IMG/VR virus record: IMGVR_UViG_3300024312_000003
Coordinates: 116,491 to 180,490 of that record
Direction: 5' to 3' (one strand)
DNA from: a virus
Length of the DNA stretch: 64,000 bases
Each line of letters opens with the position of its first letter. Position 1 is the first letter of the stretch. The notes beneath the pieces were generated by a model that made no database searches, was not told the origin of the DNA, and worked only from the letters and a program-made list of their open reading frames with translations. Below are positions 38,419 to 47,515 of the stretch, one piece after another. The translations under genes were made by a program, and so were the position numbers.

Positions 38419-38755
38419 TGTTGAGTTCAATATGGTTCGTTAATCCATACCCGCACCATGACGTGCAGCTGCATGTTTCCATGCATGACCAGACTATATC
38501 ATCTTTCCTATTTGGAAAGCTTTCTGTTTCGAACCACTTGGTTCTACTCTACTTACTTCCAGCGTTTGCTGTGTTTTCGATAGTCGTTGAACGTGCCTCC
38601 AATCATTGGAGGATTCGCTGCTGGTTGTCCAATCCATCTCGTTTTCAAACCATGGCTTTGCTTTGCAGCTCGCAGTGGTGAAATGGCTCTAAGGAGTTTC
38701 TAGCAATTAAGAAAGTTTTCTAATGAGATTACTCTCAAAAGGCGCTCAGTAATTA
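38419..38755 (-). mobile_element. Group I intron in thyA (337 nt, no homing endonuclease)
   Basis: P AATTGCTAGAAAC, Q AACCAGCAGC, R GTTCAACGACTA, S GATATAGTCTG; P1 with U:G after CAGCGT; splits YQR|SADV. Confidence 0.92.
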
Positions 38756-39706
38756 ACGCTGATACAGAAGGCATGAAAGTCTACCACTAGGAATTCCAAT
38801 TTCCTTAGCAATCTTAGCAGCGATTTTGAAACCACTCTCTCCAGATTCTACAGCTTGAGTAATTTCGATTATTCGAGACTCATGACCAGCAGTAATGATA
38901 TCTGCGGTGATTTCTTCCAAAGGAATTGGTTCCACGTCAAACTGGAACAAGCAATGACATGCTGCCAAAGCCATTTTACCTTGAATAACATTATCTTGAG
39001 GACTAATGGTTTCGTCAGGCAGATCGGCAGGATTCCAGGCAGTAACAATGATGCGTCTAGAATAAGGACGATTCTTAATCGTATCAATTGCTTCTTGAAG
39101 CTGATCGATAACTAGACCTGATGGAGTTTTCCAATTGCGCCATTGTGCACCATATACTGGACCGAGATCACCGGATTTAGCAATCGTATATTCAACAAAT
39201 GGATTAACACCACCGTCAAGTAGAAACTTCATGGTTCCTTTAGTAAAACCATTCTTAAGTCCATCTTGCATGTATTCGTTTACTTTGGTACGAATAACAT
39301 CTAGTGGTTCTCCGATATTGTAAATACCAGATTCGATATCTGCTTTTTTCAGATAACCAATTACCTGTTCCTCATGCAGATTATGAGCTTTAGAATATTC
39401 TGAGATCAATTCATTAAAAGGACGAATTCTTTTAATGACAGCGTCTTCTTTAAGAGCCCAGCTGTCCCAGATGTGTACGTCTTTTTCAAGAAGATAATTG
39501 ATGTTGGTATCACCTTTGATGAACCAAATCAGCTCTTCAATGATTCCTCTGGTAAATACCTTCTTAGTCGTCAAAAGAGGAAAACCTTCTCGGAGATTAA
39601 AACGCATCATTGCACCAAAAATAGCAATCGTTCCAGTGTTGGTTCGATCGTCTCTCTCAGTGCCGTTTTCCAAAATATTCTTAACAAGATCTGTGTATTG
39701 TTTCAT
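38756..39706 (-). CDS. thyA: Thymidylate synthase exon 1 with large insertions
   Basis: DRT.TGT, GFPLLTTKK, EL.WF..G.TN, LGPVYG.QWR, ACH, YQR. Confidence 0.95.
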
Positions 39707-39717
39707 TTTAGTTTCCT

Positions 39718-40383
39718 TTAAAAATTGTTGATTTTCTGAAGAGCTTGAATAATCTTTAGACTTGTTTCTAAAGCCAGCAAATCTGATTCCTCAAATGTCA
39801 CCTCATTGTTAATTTCTTCAATAACCAAATCAAATTCAGTCATATTCTCAAGATGATGGTTTCTACATTCTTGAAATTGATTAGCTACTAGGTGATGGTG
39901 TGCCTCAGGTTTATGATCAAAAAAATCAAACTTACCACGAGATTCCAGTCTCTGTAGGGAAACCCCTACAGAGACTGTGATGTAATAACGCATTTTGTAG
40001 AATTGCTCACCATTCAAGATGTAGTCTTGAATGTGATTTACCAATTTCTTATCGAAGTCAGTTTTACCCTGAATAGCGTATGCTGAATCCATATATCGAT
40101 CCAACAAAATTACTTTTCCAGTTTTTAACTGAGGTACTAGAATTTTCTTGGTAAATTCAGCGTGGGATGATAACATACCCAATAGCATTGCCTCATTGCT
40201 TGGTTCCTCACCGCTTTGAAACAACGCTGTTCTTGCCATTTCGCCGTAAGGAGTACCTCCAGGCGCCCGATATGACTCACAATCCACGCCCGCCTTTATC
40301 AGACACTCTTTAACTTTTTTGACAAATGTGGTTTTGCCACTTCCGTCAATACCTTCAAAAATGACAGCAATTCCTTTACTCAT
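39718..40383 (-). CDS. tmk: Thymidylate kinase
   Basis: FEGIDGSGKTT, R.PGGT, LLDRY..S..A.QG. Confidence 0.9.
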   Translation of the reverse strand: MSKGIAVIFEGIDGSGKTTFVKKVKECLIKAGVDCESYRAPGGTPYGEMARTALFQSGEEPSNEAMLLGMLSSHAEFTKKILVPQLKTGKVILLDRYMDSAYAIQGKTDFDKKLVNHIQDYILNGEQFYKMRYYITVSVGVSLQRLESRGKFDFFDHKPEAHHHLVANQFQECRNHHLENMTEFDLVIEEINNEVTFEESDLLALETSLKIIQALQKINNF

Positions 40384-40742
40384 TGCGCTTCCATATTCTC
40401 AAGAGTAGATCGATAAGTATCGGGTTGGAATACCCGATACCCGTTCTTGGTTTTGATCTTCAGAGAAACAGGAACCATACCTTCACCGATCTTTGCGATT
40501 TGTCGAAATACGCGACGGTGGGTAAACCAGTTCATACCTTTTTCGATAAGGAAGGGTTTGTTGATCCAAACATTTCGATTGACAGTGGCTGTCAACTTTC
40601 CTTCTGAATCCAAGACTTGAAAACTAACGACTCCGTCGGGAGGTTTGTTACTGTTTCGGACATCAGGTCGATCACTGATATTTACTGGACGTTCTTGAAT
40701 ATGCATGGTTATATATCCTTGCTTTTCTTGAAGACGCTCCAA
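40380..40742 (-). CDS. Hypothetical protein
   Basis: ORF track, overlaps tmk start. Confidence 0.55.
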   Translation of the reverse strand: MERLQEKQGYITMHIQERPVNISDRPDVRNSNKPPDGVVSFQVLDSEGKLTATVNRNVWINKPFLIEKGMNWFTHRRVFRQIAKIGEGMVPVSLKIKTKNGYRVFQPDTYRSTLENMEAQ

Positions 40743-40933
40743 TAAGTTGGGTATCTGAATAAAAATAAACAGATACCCAACTTATCACAGGTCTTCCAAA
40801 CAAATGTTCTGTCATTTGCTTGTTGAAATTAAAATGGTTTAAAAAAGATAGAGCATAAATGGAGAGATTTCTCTCTCCATTTAAAACTCAGTTAGTGAGT
40901 AGAATTCCTGTTGATCCTCCGTAAGGAATGATT

Positions 40934-42004
40934 TTAAATCCGGTAATGTTTGTCGATGAAACCCAAATCGACGTTGCCGACCAGCATCCAGTTGATCCAA
41001 ATCTTCTTATCAGCATCAATAACGCGCCAATGCCCTCGCCTCCAATGCAGTCTGGGTGACTTGCGTTCACCAGAAGCAATGGCTTCGGAATTACTCTTCT
41101 TATCCTTGAACTGTTGGGCCAAGTCAACGATGTGGTAATTCTTCAAGGGAGTTTTACCTGCCTTGATTCGCTTCTTGTTGATCTGAGAACCAGCGGTGAT
41201 CTTGACGGATTCGGCAATCTTTGCATCCAGAGCAATACAGATAGCCAAAGCCTGACGTTCGGCCAATGCGATCGCCTTTTGCATCATCTCGTCTCGATTG
41301 TTCAGTCTGAACCATTTGTCTTTCTCAAACTCAACAAAATGCGTGAATTCGATTTCATGACAAACACCTTCTTCCTGTTCTTGGCTGGCGAGTGTTGTAA
41401 CGCTTTTGCCATGCATGCGGAATTCAAAAACAGTGATCGGGTACGGAAGACGAACATCGCTTGTGAGATACTGGAGCATGTTACCCAAGGCATTGTACCA
41501 ATCGTGTTTGACGACAATGGTATTGCTGTGCCTGATCATCCTTTCCAAAAGATCCAGATTGGAGTATCGATCAGCGTCGCTAACTTTGGAGAAATCCGGA
41601 GCAAGGGGATAAAGCCCCTTGTGAATGATTCGAGATTCCTTTTGATTGATCACGACTTCAGAAAGCTTGTGACTGCGAGTGTGCTCGTTCGATTCGATTT
41701 GCTCAAACGCATTTGCTTTCATCCAATTGTCCAGAATTTGCACAGATCGTGCATCTTCCATACGACACTCCAGAATCATCTTGTGGTACTGAAGCAAAAC
41801 AAAGAACTGACGAGAATATTCATCCCCCAATTGCGTCTTGACTTCATTGACGACCTTAGACTGATACTTCTTAAAGTCTTGACCTTTCTCGTAGTACTTA
41901 CCAAACAGCTGAGCGAGCTTTGCAGTCAGAATGGGGTTCGTGCCGACATTGATGCATTCGTCAACAGTTGTTTTAATTTCTAGAATTTCTTGTTGAGTAA
42001 ACAT
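40934..42004 (-). CDS. Hypothetical protein with C-terminal SPRLHWRRGHWR motif
   Basis: 356-aa ORF with biased codons. Confidence 0.75.
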   Translation of the reverse strand: MFTQQEILEIKTTVDECINVGTNPILTAKLAQLFGKYYEKGQDFKKYQSKVVNEVKTQLGDEYSRQFFVLLQYHKMILECRMEDARSVQILDNWMKANAFEQIESNEHTRSHKLSEVVINQKESRIIHKGLYPLAPDFSKVSDADRYSNLDLLERMIRHSNTIVVKHDWYNALGNMLQYLTSDVRLPYPITVFEFRMHGKSVTTLASQEQEEGVCHEIEFTHFVEFEKDKWFRLNNRDEMMQKAIALAERQALAICIALDAKIAESVKITAGSQINKKRIKAGKTPLKNYHIVDLAQQFKDKKSNSEAIASGERKSPRLHWRRGHWRVIDADKKIWINWMLVGNVDLGFIDKHYRI

Positions 42005-42083
42005 GATTGCGAGCTTGAAAGAAAAAAATGAGTAGTGAACATAAATGAGAGGGTTTAAACCCTCTCATTTATAATCGAATTGA

Positions 42084-42368
42084 TCACGATTGAAGGCGCT
42101 TGAGTCCGAATTGGACAGGCTTGTACAGAAGGACAAGCGATGTTGCAAAAGACAGAACCCCGGCGATGCCGCCGAGCTTGTCCATGGTGAAAACGCTCAC
42201 GTTGGCCGCCACGATGAATGCAGCAATGATGACTGTCCAACCGGAAAAGAACTTGAAGAGTTCCATGTTAGTGTTGTCATTCATGATTTTCTTGCATTGG
42301 AGGTTGGAGTTTACTGCATTCGGGTTGTAATGCGAACGGCCAATTTGATTAGACACAGACTTCTTCAT
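42084..42368 (-). CDS. Small two-TM membrane protein
   Basis: Hydrophobic helices; start may be MNDNTN. Confidence 0.6.
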   Translation of the reverse strand: MKKSVSNQIGRSHYNPNAVNSNLQCKKIMNDNTNMELFKFFSGWTVIIAAFIVAANVSVFTMDKLGGIAGVLSFATSLVLLYKPVQFGLKRLQS

Positions 42369-42369
42369 T

Positions 42370-42597
42370 TTAAAAGCTCCTAAGGTCGAGTTCTTCGGAA
42401 AAGCACTGAATCAACTTATAGAGACAGTACATGAAAAGGACAACCGCGAAACCAAGCAATGCCAACGTGGCCAGCGCACCAATGGCAAGCATGATTTCAT
42501 AAATTATCAACAGGATGAAACCGACAATCATCTTGACAACTGGCCAGATGATGATTGCAAGGATACCCAGGGCAATGAGTGTTGTGATTTCTTCCAT
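42370..42597 (-). CDS. Small membrane protein
   Basis: Almost entirely hydrophobic. Confidence 0.7.
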   Translation of the reverse strand: MEEITTLIALGILAIIIWPVVKMIVGFILLIIYEIMLAIGALATLALLGFAVVLFMYCLYKLIQCFSEELDLRSF

Positions 42598-42598
42598 A

Positions 42599-42874
42599 TT
42601 AAAAAATGGAGATGAGGTCAGAGATCAAATTCTTGATCTTCTTTTGAACAGGAACAATCCAATTCCTGTTCATGTGGTCGTAACCATTGTAAACGCAGAT
42701 GCCGTAAATGGAGGCGACTACGGTGGTGACTTCAGAGCCGAGATTGGTCTGACTCACTCCCTCGATCACAACAGGGACTGAAGTCAGGTAGAGGCTGTAA
42801 AAGAAACCATAGGCGAGGACCTTCGAAACGATTTCCGAGGTCGATTGATTCTGAATGCTGAAAGCGGTGTTCAT
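42599..42874 (-). CDS. Small membrane protein
   Basis: Two moderately hydrophobic helices. Confidence 0.65.
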   Translation of the reverse strand: MNTAFSIQNQSTSEIVSKVLAYGFFYSLYLTSVPVVIEGVSQTNLGSEVTTVVASIYGICVYNGYDHMNRNWIVPVQKKIKNLISDLISIF

Positions 42875-43006
42875 GATTGTTTATCCTCTGTGATTTGTTA
42901 GATGGTGAACCTTCTTCATACTGAAAGGTCCGTTATAAATTATTATTTTAACGATTAGAAAAAAGGGGGAGTGGCGACCACTCCCCCTCGACGCCTAATT
43001 TATTGC

Positions 43007-43633
43007 TTAGGCGGCAGCACCTGCAGCGTCACCCAGGTCAGGACCAGTAGTGGGTTGTTGCTGTTCAGCAGATTGTTGTTCTGCTGCGGTTTGAGTCTCA
43101 CCGGCCTTTTCTTCGAACTTGTTCTTGCGATTCATCAGAACGTAGAAGAAGTTGTTCACACCAGCCATGCCCTTGAGGACCTTGTTGGTCAGCCAGCCCG
43201 TGAAGCGCATCAGTTGGGGGACGATCCACTTCATGAAAGCAAACATGAAGCCTGCAAGCATGAGAATCATAGCGATGGCTGCCAGGATCGGGTAGCCGGC
43301 GGCGACGATCAAATTGGCGATCAGACCAATCAGATAACCGACGGCGAAACCGGTCGAGAAAGCCAGCAGGAAAAGCAGTGCGTAGAAAACTCCTTCTGCC
43401 AAGTTGGCGACAGTCTTCTCGCCACGACCGTAGAAAATGGCTGCCTTAGTTTCAGCACCCATCTCATTCATGGCAATCAGATGCTCGCGATCAGTGATGA
43501 TTTCTTCACCAGTGACAAAACGCAAATTTTCGTTGATGTGATCAACGTCAACGCGAACTGCAGCGGCGACGGTGACCTTGGGGAAAGCTTCGTGAGTGGG
43601 GAAAAAGGAATCAAACATGATGGTTTCTTTCAA
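43007..43633 (-). CDS. Membrane protein with N-terminal HEAFP motif
   Basis: FFPTHEAFP...VRVD, TM hairpin, Gln/Ala-rich tail. Confidence 0.75.
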   Translation of the reverse strand: MKETIMFDSFFPTHEAFPKVTVAAAVRVDVDHINENLRFVTGEEIITDREHLIAMNEMGAETKAAIFYGRGEKTVANLAEGVFYALLFLLAFSTGFAVGYLIGLIANLIVAAGYPILAAIAMILMLAGFMFAFMKWIVPQLMRFTGWLTNKVLKGMAGVNNFFYVLMNRKNKFEEKAGETQTAAEQQSAEQQQPTTGPDLGDAAGAAA

Positions 43634-43644
43634 GTGGAAAGTTG

Positions 43645-43968
43645 TTAAGCGAATTGAACGGTTTCAACAAAATCACCGAGGTGATTGGCGATAGCCATCC
43701 AAAAATTGAAAGCCTTCATGAAAAGGCCGGAATGCAGGAGGTAGATGAATGCGATGCCCGCAGCGATCCAGCCCATTGCGATCACACCGGTTGCCGAGAC
43801 TACCAAGGCAATGATGTAACCTGCAAAGATGCTGCATCCAATCGAGAACAGCACGAAGAAGAGCGCTTGGATCAACTTACGTGTTGTCGATGCATTACCG
43901 CCTTCGACGTTGGTAGTCATTGTTTTTTCCTTACTCTTCCTTCTTTTGGAAGATGTTGCGGATGCCAT
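43645..43968 (-). CDS. Small membrane protein (TM hairpin)
   Basis: Likely start MTTNVEG; hydrophobic hairpin. Confidence 0.7.
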   Translation of the reverse strand: MASATSSKRRKSKEKTMTTNVEGGNASTTRKLIQALFFVLFSIGCSIFAGYIIALVVSATGVIAMGWIAAGIAFIYLLHSGLFMKAFNFWMAIANHLGDFVETVQFA

Positions 43969-44401
43969 TGTTGACGTAAGAGCACAAGGTCAACGAGAGG
44001 TTCGTCAGACCGTTGCGCAGCGGATTGAGGAAGTTCTGAGGCCACAGCAGGAAGTAAGCCCAGAAGATGAACTCGACCAAGACAGCGATGAAGCCGCCAG
44101 TCAGTCCAAGTGCGGAAAGAATCATGAAGATCACCACGATGCCAACCACTGCAAACGCAATATTGACAAAAACCGCACAGATGAAATACATGAACCTGGC
44201 AAAGTTCTGAGTGGAGTTCATCGACCAGCCGTTGAACTTTGCGTAAGTGTGAATGTCGTTCGATTCCGGGTTGGTGACGGTATCTTTGTCGACGACTTGA
44301 ATCACAGCCGTGTTGTCGATTTCAACAACACGAACATAAGTGCCTGCTTGACGGTCCGGGAAGGCTTCGTGACCGGAAAAGAAGGTGGCGAAGGAGGACA
44401 T
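43931..44401 (-). CDS. Membrane protein with N-terminal HEAFP motif
   Basis: FFSGHEAFP...VRVVE, TM hairpin. Confidence 0.75.
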   Translation of the reverse strand: MSSFATFFSGHEAFPDRQAGTYVRVVEIDNTAVIQVVDKDTVTNPESNDIHTYAKFNGWSMNSTQNFARFMYFICAVFVNIAFAVVGIVVIFMILSALGLTGGFIAVLVEFIFWAYFLLWPQNFLNPLRNGLTNLSLTLCSYVNNGIRNIFQKKEE

Positions 44402-44443
44402 TCTTTTTTCCTTTAGTACAAAAAGAAACTGCTTTAGAAGCAG

Positions 44444-44492
44444 ATTGGAATAAGTATAGCACCTATTCCAAGATTGTTATATGTATCTGAAA
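44444..44492 (-). promoter_or_regulatory. 49-bp promoter plus hairpin repeat, copy 1
   Basis: 45/49 identical to 46503-46551; ACATATAAC followed by TTGGAATA..TATTCCAA hairpin. Confidence 0.65.
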
Positions 44493-44528
44493 CTTTTTTC
44501 ATTACAATTTCAGATACTCTACTGCGTA

Positions 44529-44897
44529 TCAACCTCGACGTTCGATTTCTTTTAGATAGTCATTCATTGTTTGTTCAACCTTAGAAGACAGAATCTCATC
44601 TGCAAATTGGTTGAACACAGTCAATTTTCTTTCACAATCAGGCATTGTGCCGGACTGCGAAAACTCGACAATGTCTTGAATTTGAAAATGCTCAGAGCAC
44701 TTTTGAAAAATCTCCGAAGTTGCCTCTTGAACAAATTCCGTCATAAAAGAGATCCCAACATCTTTCGGGATCTTTTGGACGACCATGTCGTAGGACATTT
44801 TATCCAACAACACCTGGCTGTGTTGTTTGATCTTGGCATCCAGTCCGGAACGAAACGAAAACTGGACAATTGCGTGAACGATGGTGGGATCAATCAT
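44529..44897 (-). CDS. Hypothetical protein
   Basis: ORF track. Confidence 0.65.
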   Translation of the reverse strand: MIDPTIVHAIVQFSFRSGLDAKIKQHSQVLLDKMSYDMVVQKIPKDVGISFMTEFVQEATSEIFQKCSEHFQIQDIVEFSQSGTMPDCERKLTVFNQFADEILSSKVEQTMNDYLKEIERRG

Positions 44898-44900
44898 GAT

Positions 44901-45218
44901 TTAGATGAATTTGTTTTCTTCGGAACACCAGATCAAGGTGCTTTTGATTTGTTCTTCGGTGAGGTTCGAGTAAAAGTCCTTGTAGTCAAAAACTCGCACG
45001 CGCTCACCATTGGAGTAGATGGCCTTGATTCGACACATCGTTCCGACACGAATCATTTTGCCAGGCATCATCTTACTCAACTCACGAGCCTCGATGTCCG
45101 CCCTTTTGTTGCTGACATAAACCAGAACATTGTTGAGAGGATTCACAGATGGGATTTCCATTTCCATCATGTGTTCGGCATAATCCTGGTTTTCAGAATC
45201 AATCATCAACTTGGTCAT
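44901..45218 (-). CDS. Hypothetical protein
   Basis: ORF track. Confidence 0.65.
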   Translation of the reverse strand: MTKLMIDSENQDYAEHMMEMEIPSVNPLNNVLVYVSNKRADIEARELSKMMPGKMIRVGTMCRIKAIYSNGERVRVFDYKDFYSNLTEEQIKSTLIWCSEENKFI

Positions 45219-45299
45219 TTTGTTTCCTTGTTTATTAATGTAATGAACTCAACAGATGGAAGTACAAAAAGAGGGTGGAATTAACCACCCTCTTTTTGT

Positions 45300-45755
45300 T
45301 TACAGGTCGTACTTCGAAGTCATCTCATCGATGAAATCGGTGCTGAGTTTTTCCAGTTTTTCTCGGGTGGTTTGTGAGATCATTCCACCGTAACCCTTGA
45401 GCTTCTGACCCAACTGGCTGTTGTGAAAATCAATCAACTCAATGATGGTTTCGGATTCGAGGTGATCAGACAAATCAACAGCGAGGGTGTGTGTCATCTT
45501 GCGAAGATGATCGCTGGTGTGCTGGTCCAGAGCTTTCGAATTATCTTCACCATTAGCACTACTCCAGAGTATGTTCTCATACTTCAGGCGAAACGAGTCG
45601 ATGTAATGCAGCATGCCACTGACATGAATCAGAAGCAAAGCCTTGTTGTAGTCATCCATCATTTCGATCGCCATCGATTTGTGGATGTCAGCCTCATCGT
45701 CCAGACCAAGATTTGCGTAGATGTTGGTCTTGATCTTTTTGTAATGCTGTTTCAT
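45300..45755 (-). CDS. Hypothetical protein, DUF2059-like C-terminus (tentative)
   Basis: ELIDFHNSQLGQKL pattern. Confidence 0.55.
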   Translation of the reverse strand: MKQHYKKIKTNIYANLGLDDEADIHKSMAIEMMDDYNKALLLIHVSGMLHYIDSFRLKYENILWSSANGEDNSKALDQHTSDHLRKMTHTLAVDLSDHLESETIIELIDFHNSQLGQKLKGYGGMISQTTREKLEKLSTDFIDEMTSKYDL

Positions 45756-45769
45756 GTTGTCTTCCTTAT

Positions 45770-46192
45770 TTAGAAGTTATCATCTTGAGAGTCATAGTAG
45801 TCCATTTCAGACTCGTAGTCTTCTCGGTCTTTCCTGACTCGCTCCCGATGCTTCTCTTTACCCCAGCATTCTTTGCAGATTATCAGAGGCTCATCGCCTT
45901 GGGGTGCGTAGAAATCATACCACTTCCAAGAGATCGCATCTTTCATCAAAACTGTTTTCGAACAGTCGTGGCAGACTTCAGATTGCTGGCCTTCGTGTTC
46001 TTCGCATTTTTCATCACATTCCCTGCAACAAACAAAAGACGAAACAATGCCGAAGCTGTCCATTTCACGACGAAGAACCTGAGCCAGATTCAGATCAGAC
46101 CGAGCATGTTCACAAGCACCATCATCTTCAATGAGTGCCTTCTTCTGTTCTTCAGTCTTACCTTCAATCCCGACGTTGGTAAACCAATTCAT
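45770..46192 (-). CDS. Cys-rich putative zinc-binding protein
   Basis: C.H, CCREC, CHDC, CKEC. Confidence 0.65.
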   Translation of the reverse strand: MNWFTNVGIEGKTEEQKKALIEDDGACEHARSDLNLAQVLRREMDSFGIVSSFVCCRECDEKCEEHEGQQSEVCHDCSKTVLMKDAISWKWYDFYAPQGDEPLIICKECWGKEKHRERVRKDREDYESEMDYYDSQDDNF

Positions 46193-46206
46193 GTTGATTC
46201 TCCGAG

Positions 46207-46431
46207 TTACTTATTTCGATTCAAAACGAATTTCTTGACAAAACGCTCCATGTCCGTGAGTTCTGAGTCCGGAAGATTCATCAGCGGGTACAAAACTTCA
46301 GAAATGGAAATACCAGGCATACCAGCTTCGTTGAGAAGCTGGTCAACGTATTGACTGACATCCGGGTTTGGATGGGTCTTGAGTTGGAAAAGACCGTTCA
46401 GCCAGAAAACACAAAGTTCGGTGTTCTTCAT
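46207..46431 (-). CDS. Hypothetical protein
   Basis: ORF track. Confidence 0.6.
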   Translation of the reverse strand: MKNTELCVFWLNGLFQLKTHPNPDVSQYVDQLLNEAGMPGISISEVLYPLMNLPDSELTDMERFVKKFVLNRNK

Positions 46432-46502
46432 TTGGTATTTAAAAGAATTGTCTTTGGTCTATGTTTATAATTTTAACCAAAAGAAAATCAATTAAGTTAA
46501 GA

Positions 46503-46551
46503 ATTGGAATAAGTATAGCACTTATTCCAATTTAGTTATATGTATCTGAAA
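46503..46551 (-). promoter_or_regulatory. 49-bp promoter plus hairpin repeat, copy 2
   Basis: See copy 1. Confidence 0.65.
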
Positions 46552-46566
46552 ATTATTTCATTGTAT

Positions 46567-46800
46567 TTAATAGTTTGGTTTAAAAGTATCTTTCTTAATG
46601 TAAGCGCGATCTTTGTGACTGTACTTTACATTATCTGGAAACATTTCGGAATACATTTTCAAGTCAATGCTGGCTTGAGGTTGAGATATTCCAAAATAAT
46701 ACATCAATGCATTTCGGTCAGCTTTACCGTTAAACATGATGAAACATTCAATGAAACGCAAGCGTTGAGTTACTGCGTATGTGACTGTGTTTTTAGACAT
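46567..46800 (-). CDS. Stand-alone CapW/BrxR-type winged helix-turn-helix protein (no WYL domain)
   Basis: QRLRFIE....NG...R..L..YFGISQPQASIDL..Y....PDN..Y...RAY....F.P matches the N-terminal wHTH pattern of WYL repressors. Confidence 0.72.
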   Translation of the reverse strand: MSKNTVTYAVTQRLRFIECFIMFNGKADRNALMYYFGISQPQASIDLKMYSEMFPDNVKYSHKDRAYIKKDTFKPNY

Positions 46801-46890
46801 GTTGATTTATATTGGTGTTTATTCGAGTTAGTCATATGTATCTAAAAATATTTAGAACATAAAAGAGAGGTTTACCCTCTCTTTTATGTC

Positions 46891-47352
46891 TTAGAATAGA
46901 AATGATTGTTTCGGGTCTGGATATTTCTTAAACTTACTAAGTATAAAGTAAAAGTATCGTCTATGCATCGGTACTTTTAATTCTTTCATTATTTTTAAGA
47001 ATACATCATCAGCCACGGATCTATTTATTTTTTCTACTTCACCATTGACTCTAAGTTTTAGCTTATAGCAAAGATAGTCGTGAAATATTCCAGCTTTAAA
47101 AACCGGATCATTCATAGCCATGTTTCTTGATAAGTTAAAAGGAATGATTGGACCAATCGTAACAAAGTAGTTTGGTATATTTACGTCTATTCGATTTCCA
47201 TTTTGTTTAAATGAAAAACTTATACCGCCTACCACTCTCCAAGATTCGTATCCATCTTTCATTCTGGAATTATCAACGTATGGCTCTAGTCTCTTTACTG
47301 AATCAAATCTTGAGACATGAGTCATGTTGTGATATTGTCTATTATTTTTCAT
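46891..47352 (-). CDS. DUF1353-like protein
   Basis: IP..FVT...IP, AGIFHDYL, R..AD..F...M. Confidence 0.7.
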   Translation of the reverse strand: MKNNRQYHNMTHVSRFDSVKRLEPYVDNSRMKDGYESWRVVGGISFSFKQNGNRIDVNIPNYFVTIGPIIPFNLSRNMAMNDPVFKAGIFHDYLCYKLKLRVNGEVEKINRSVADDVFLKIMKELKVPMHRRYFYFILSKFKKYPDPKQSFLF

Positions 47353-47515
47353 GATTCTCTCATTAAGAATAATCCGCTATTCCTAATCCAATGTAAGTTG
47401 GATTTTCATTAGAATTTAGCTTCTTCTTTTCTTCCTCGGTCAGTTCTTTAACCAATCCATTTTCAGATATTTCTTTTAAAATATCATCTTCAGTCAACTC
47501 GATAGGATCGCTCAT

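Noticed and set aside
38418-38681. Intron-encoded homing endonuclease
   Set aside because: The 87-aa ORF is antisense to the intron and has no HNH, GIY-YIG or LAGLIDADG motif
41114-45284. Long plus-strand ORFs (41114..41983, 42971..43648, 43829..44416, 44571..45284) as overlapping genes
   Set aside because: They are antisense shadows of codon-biased minus-strand genes, with no RBS or family motifs recognised
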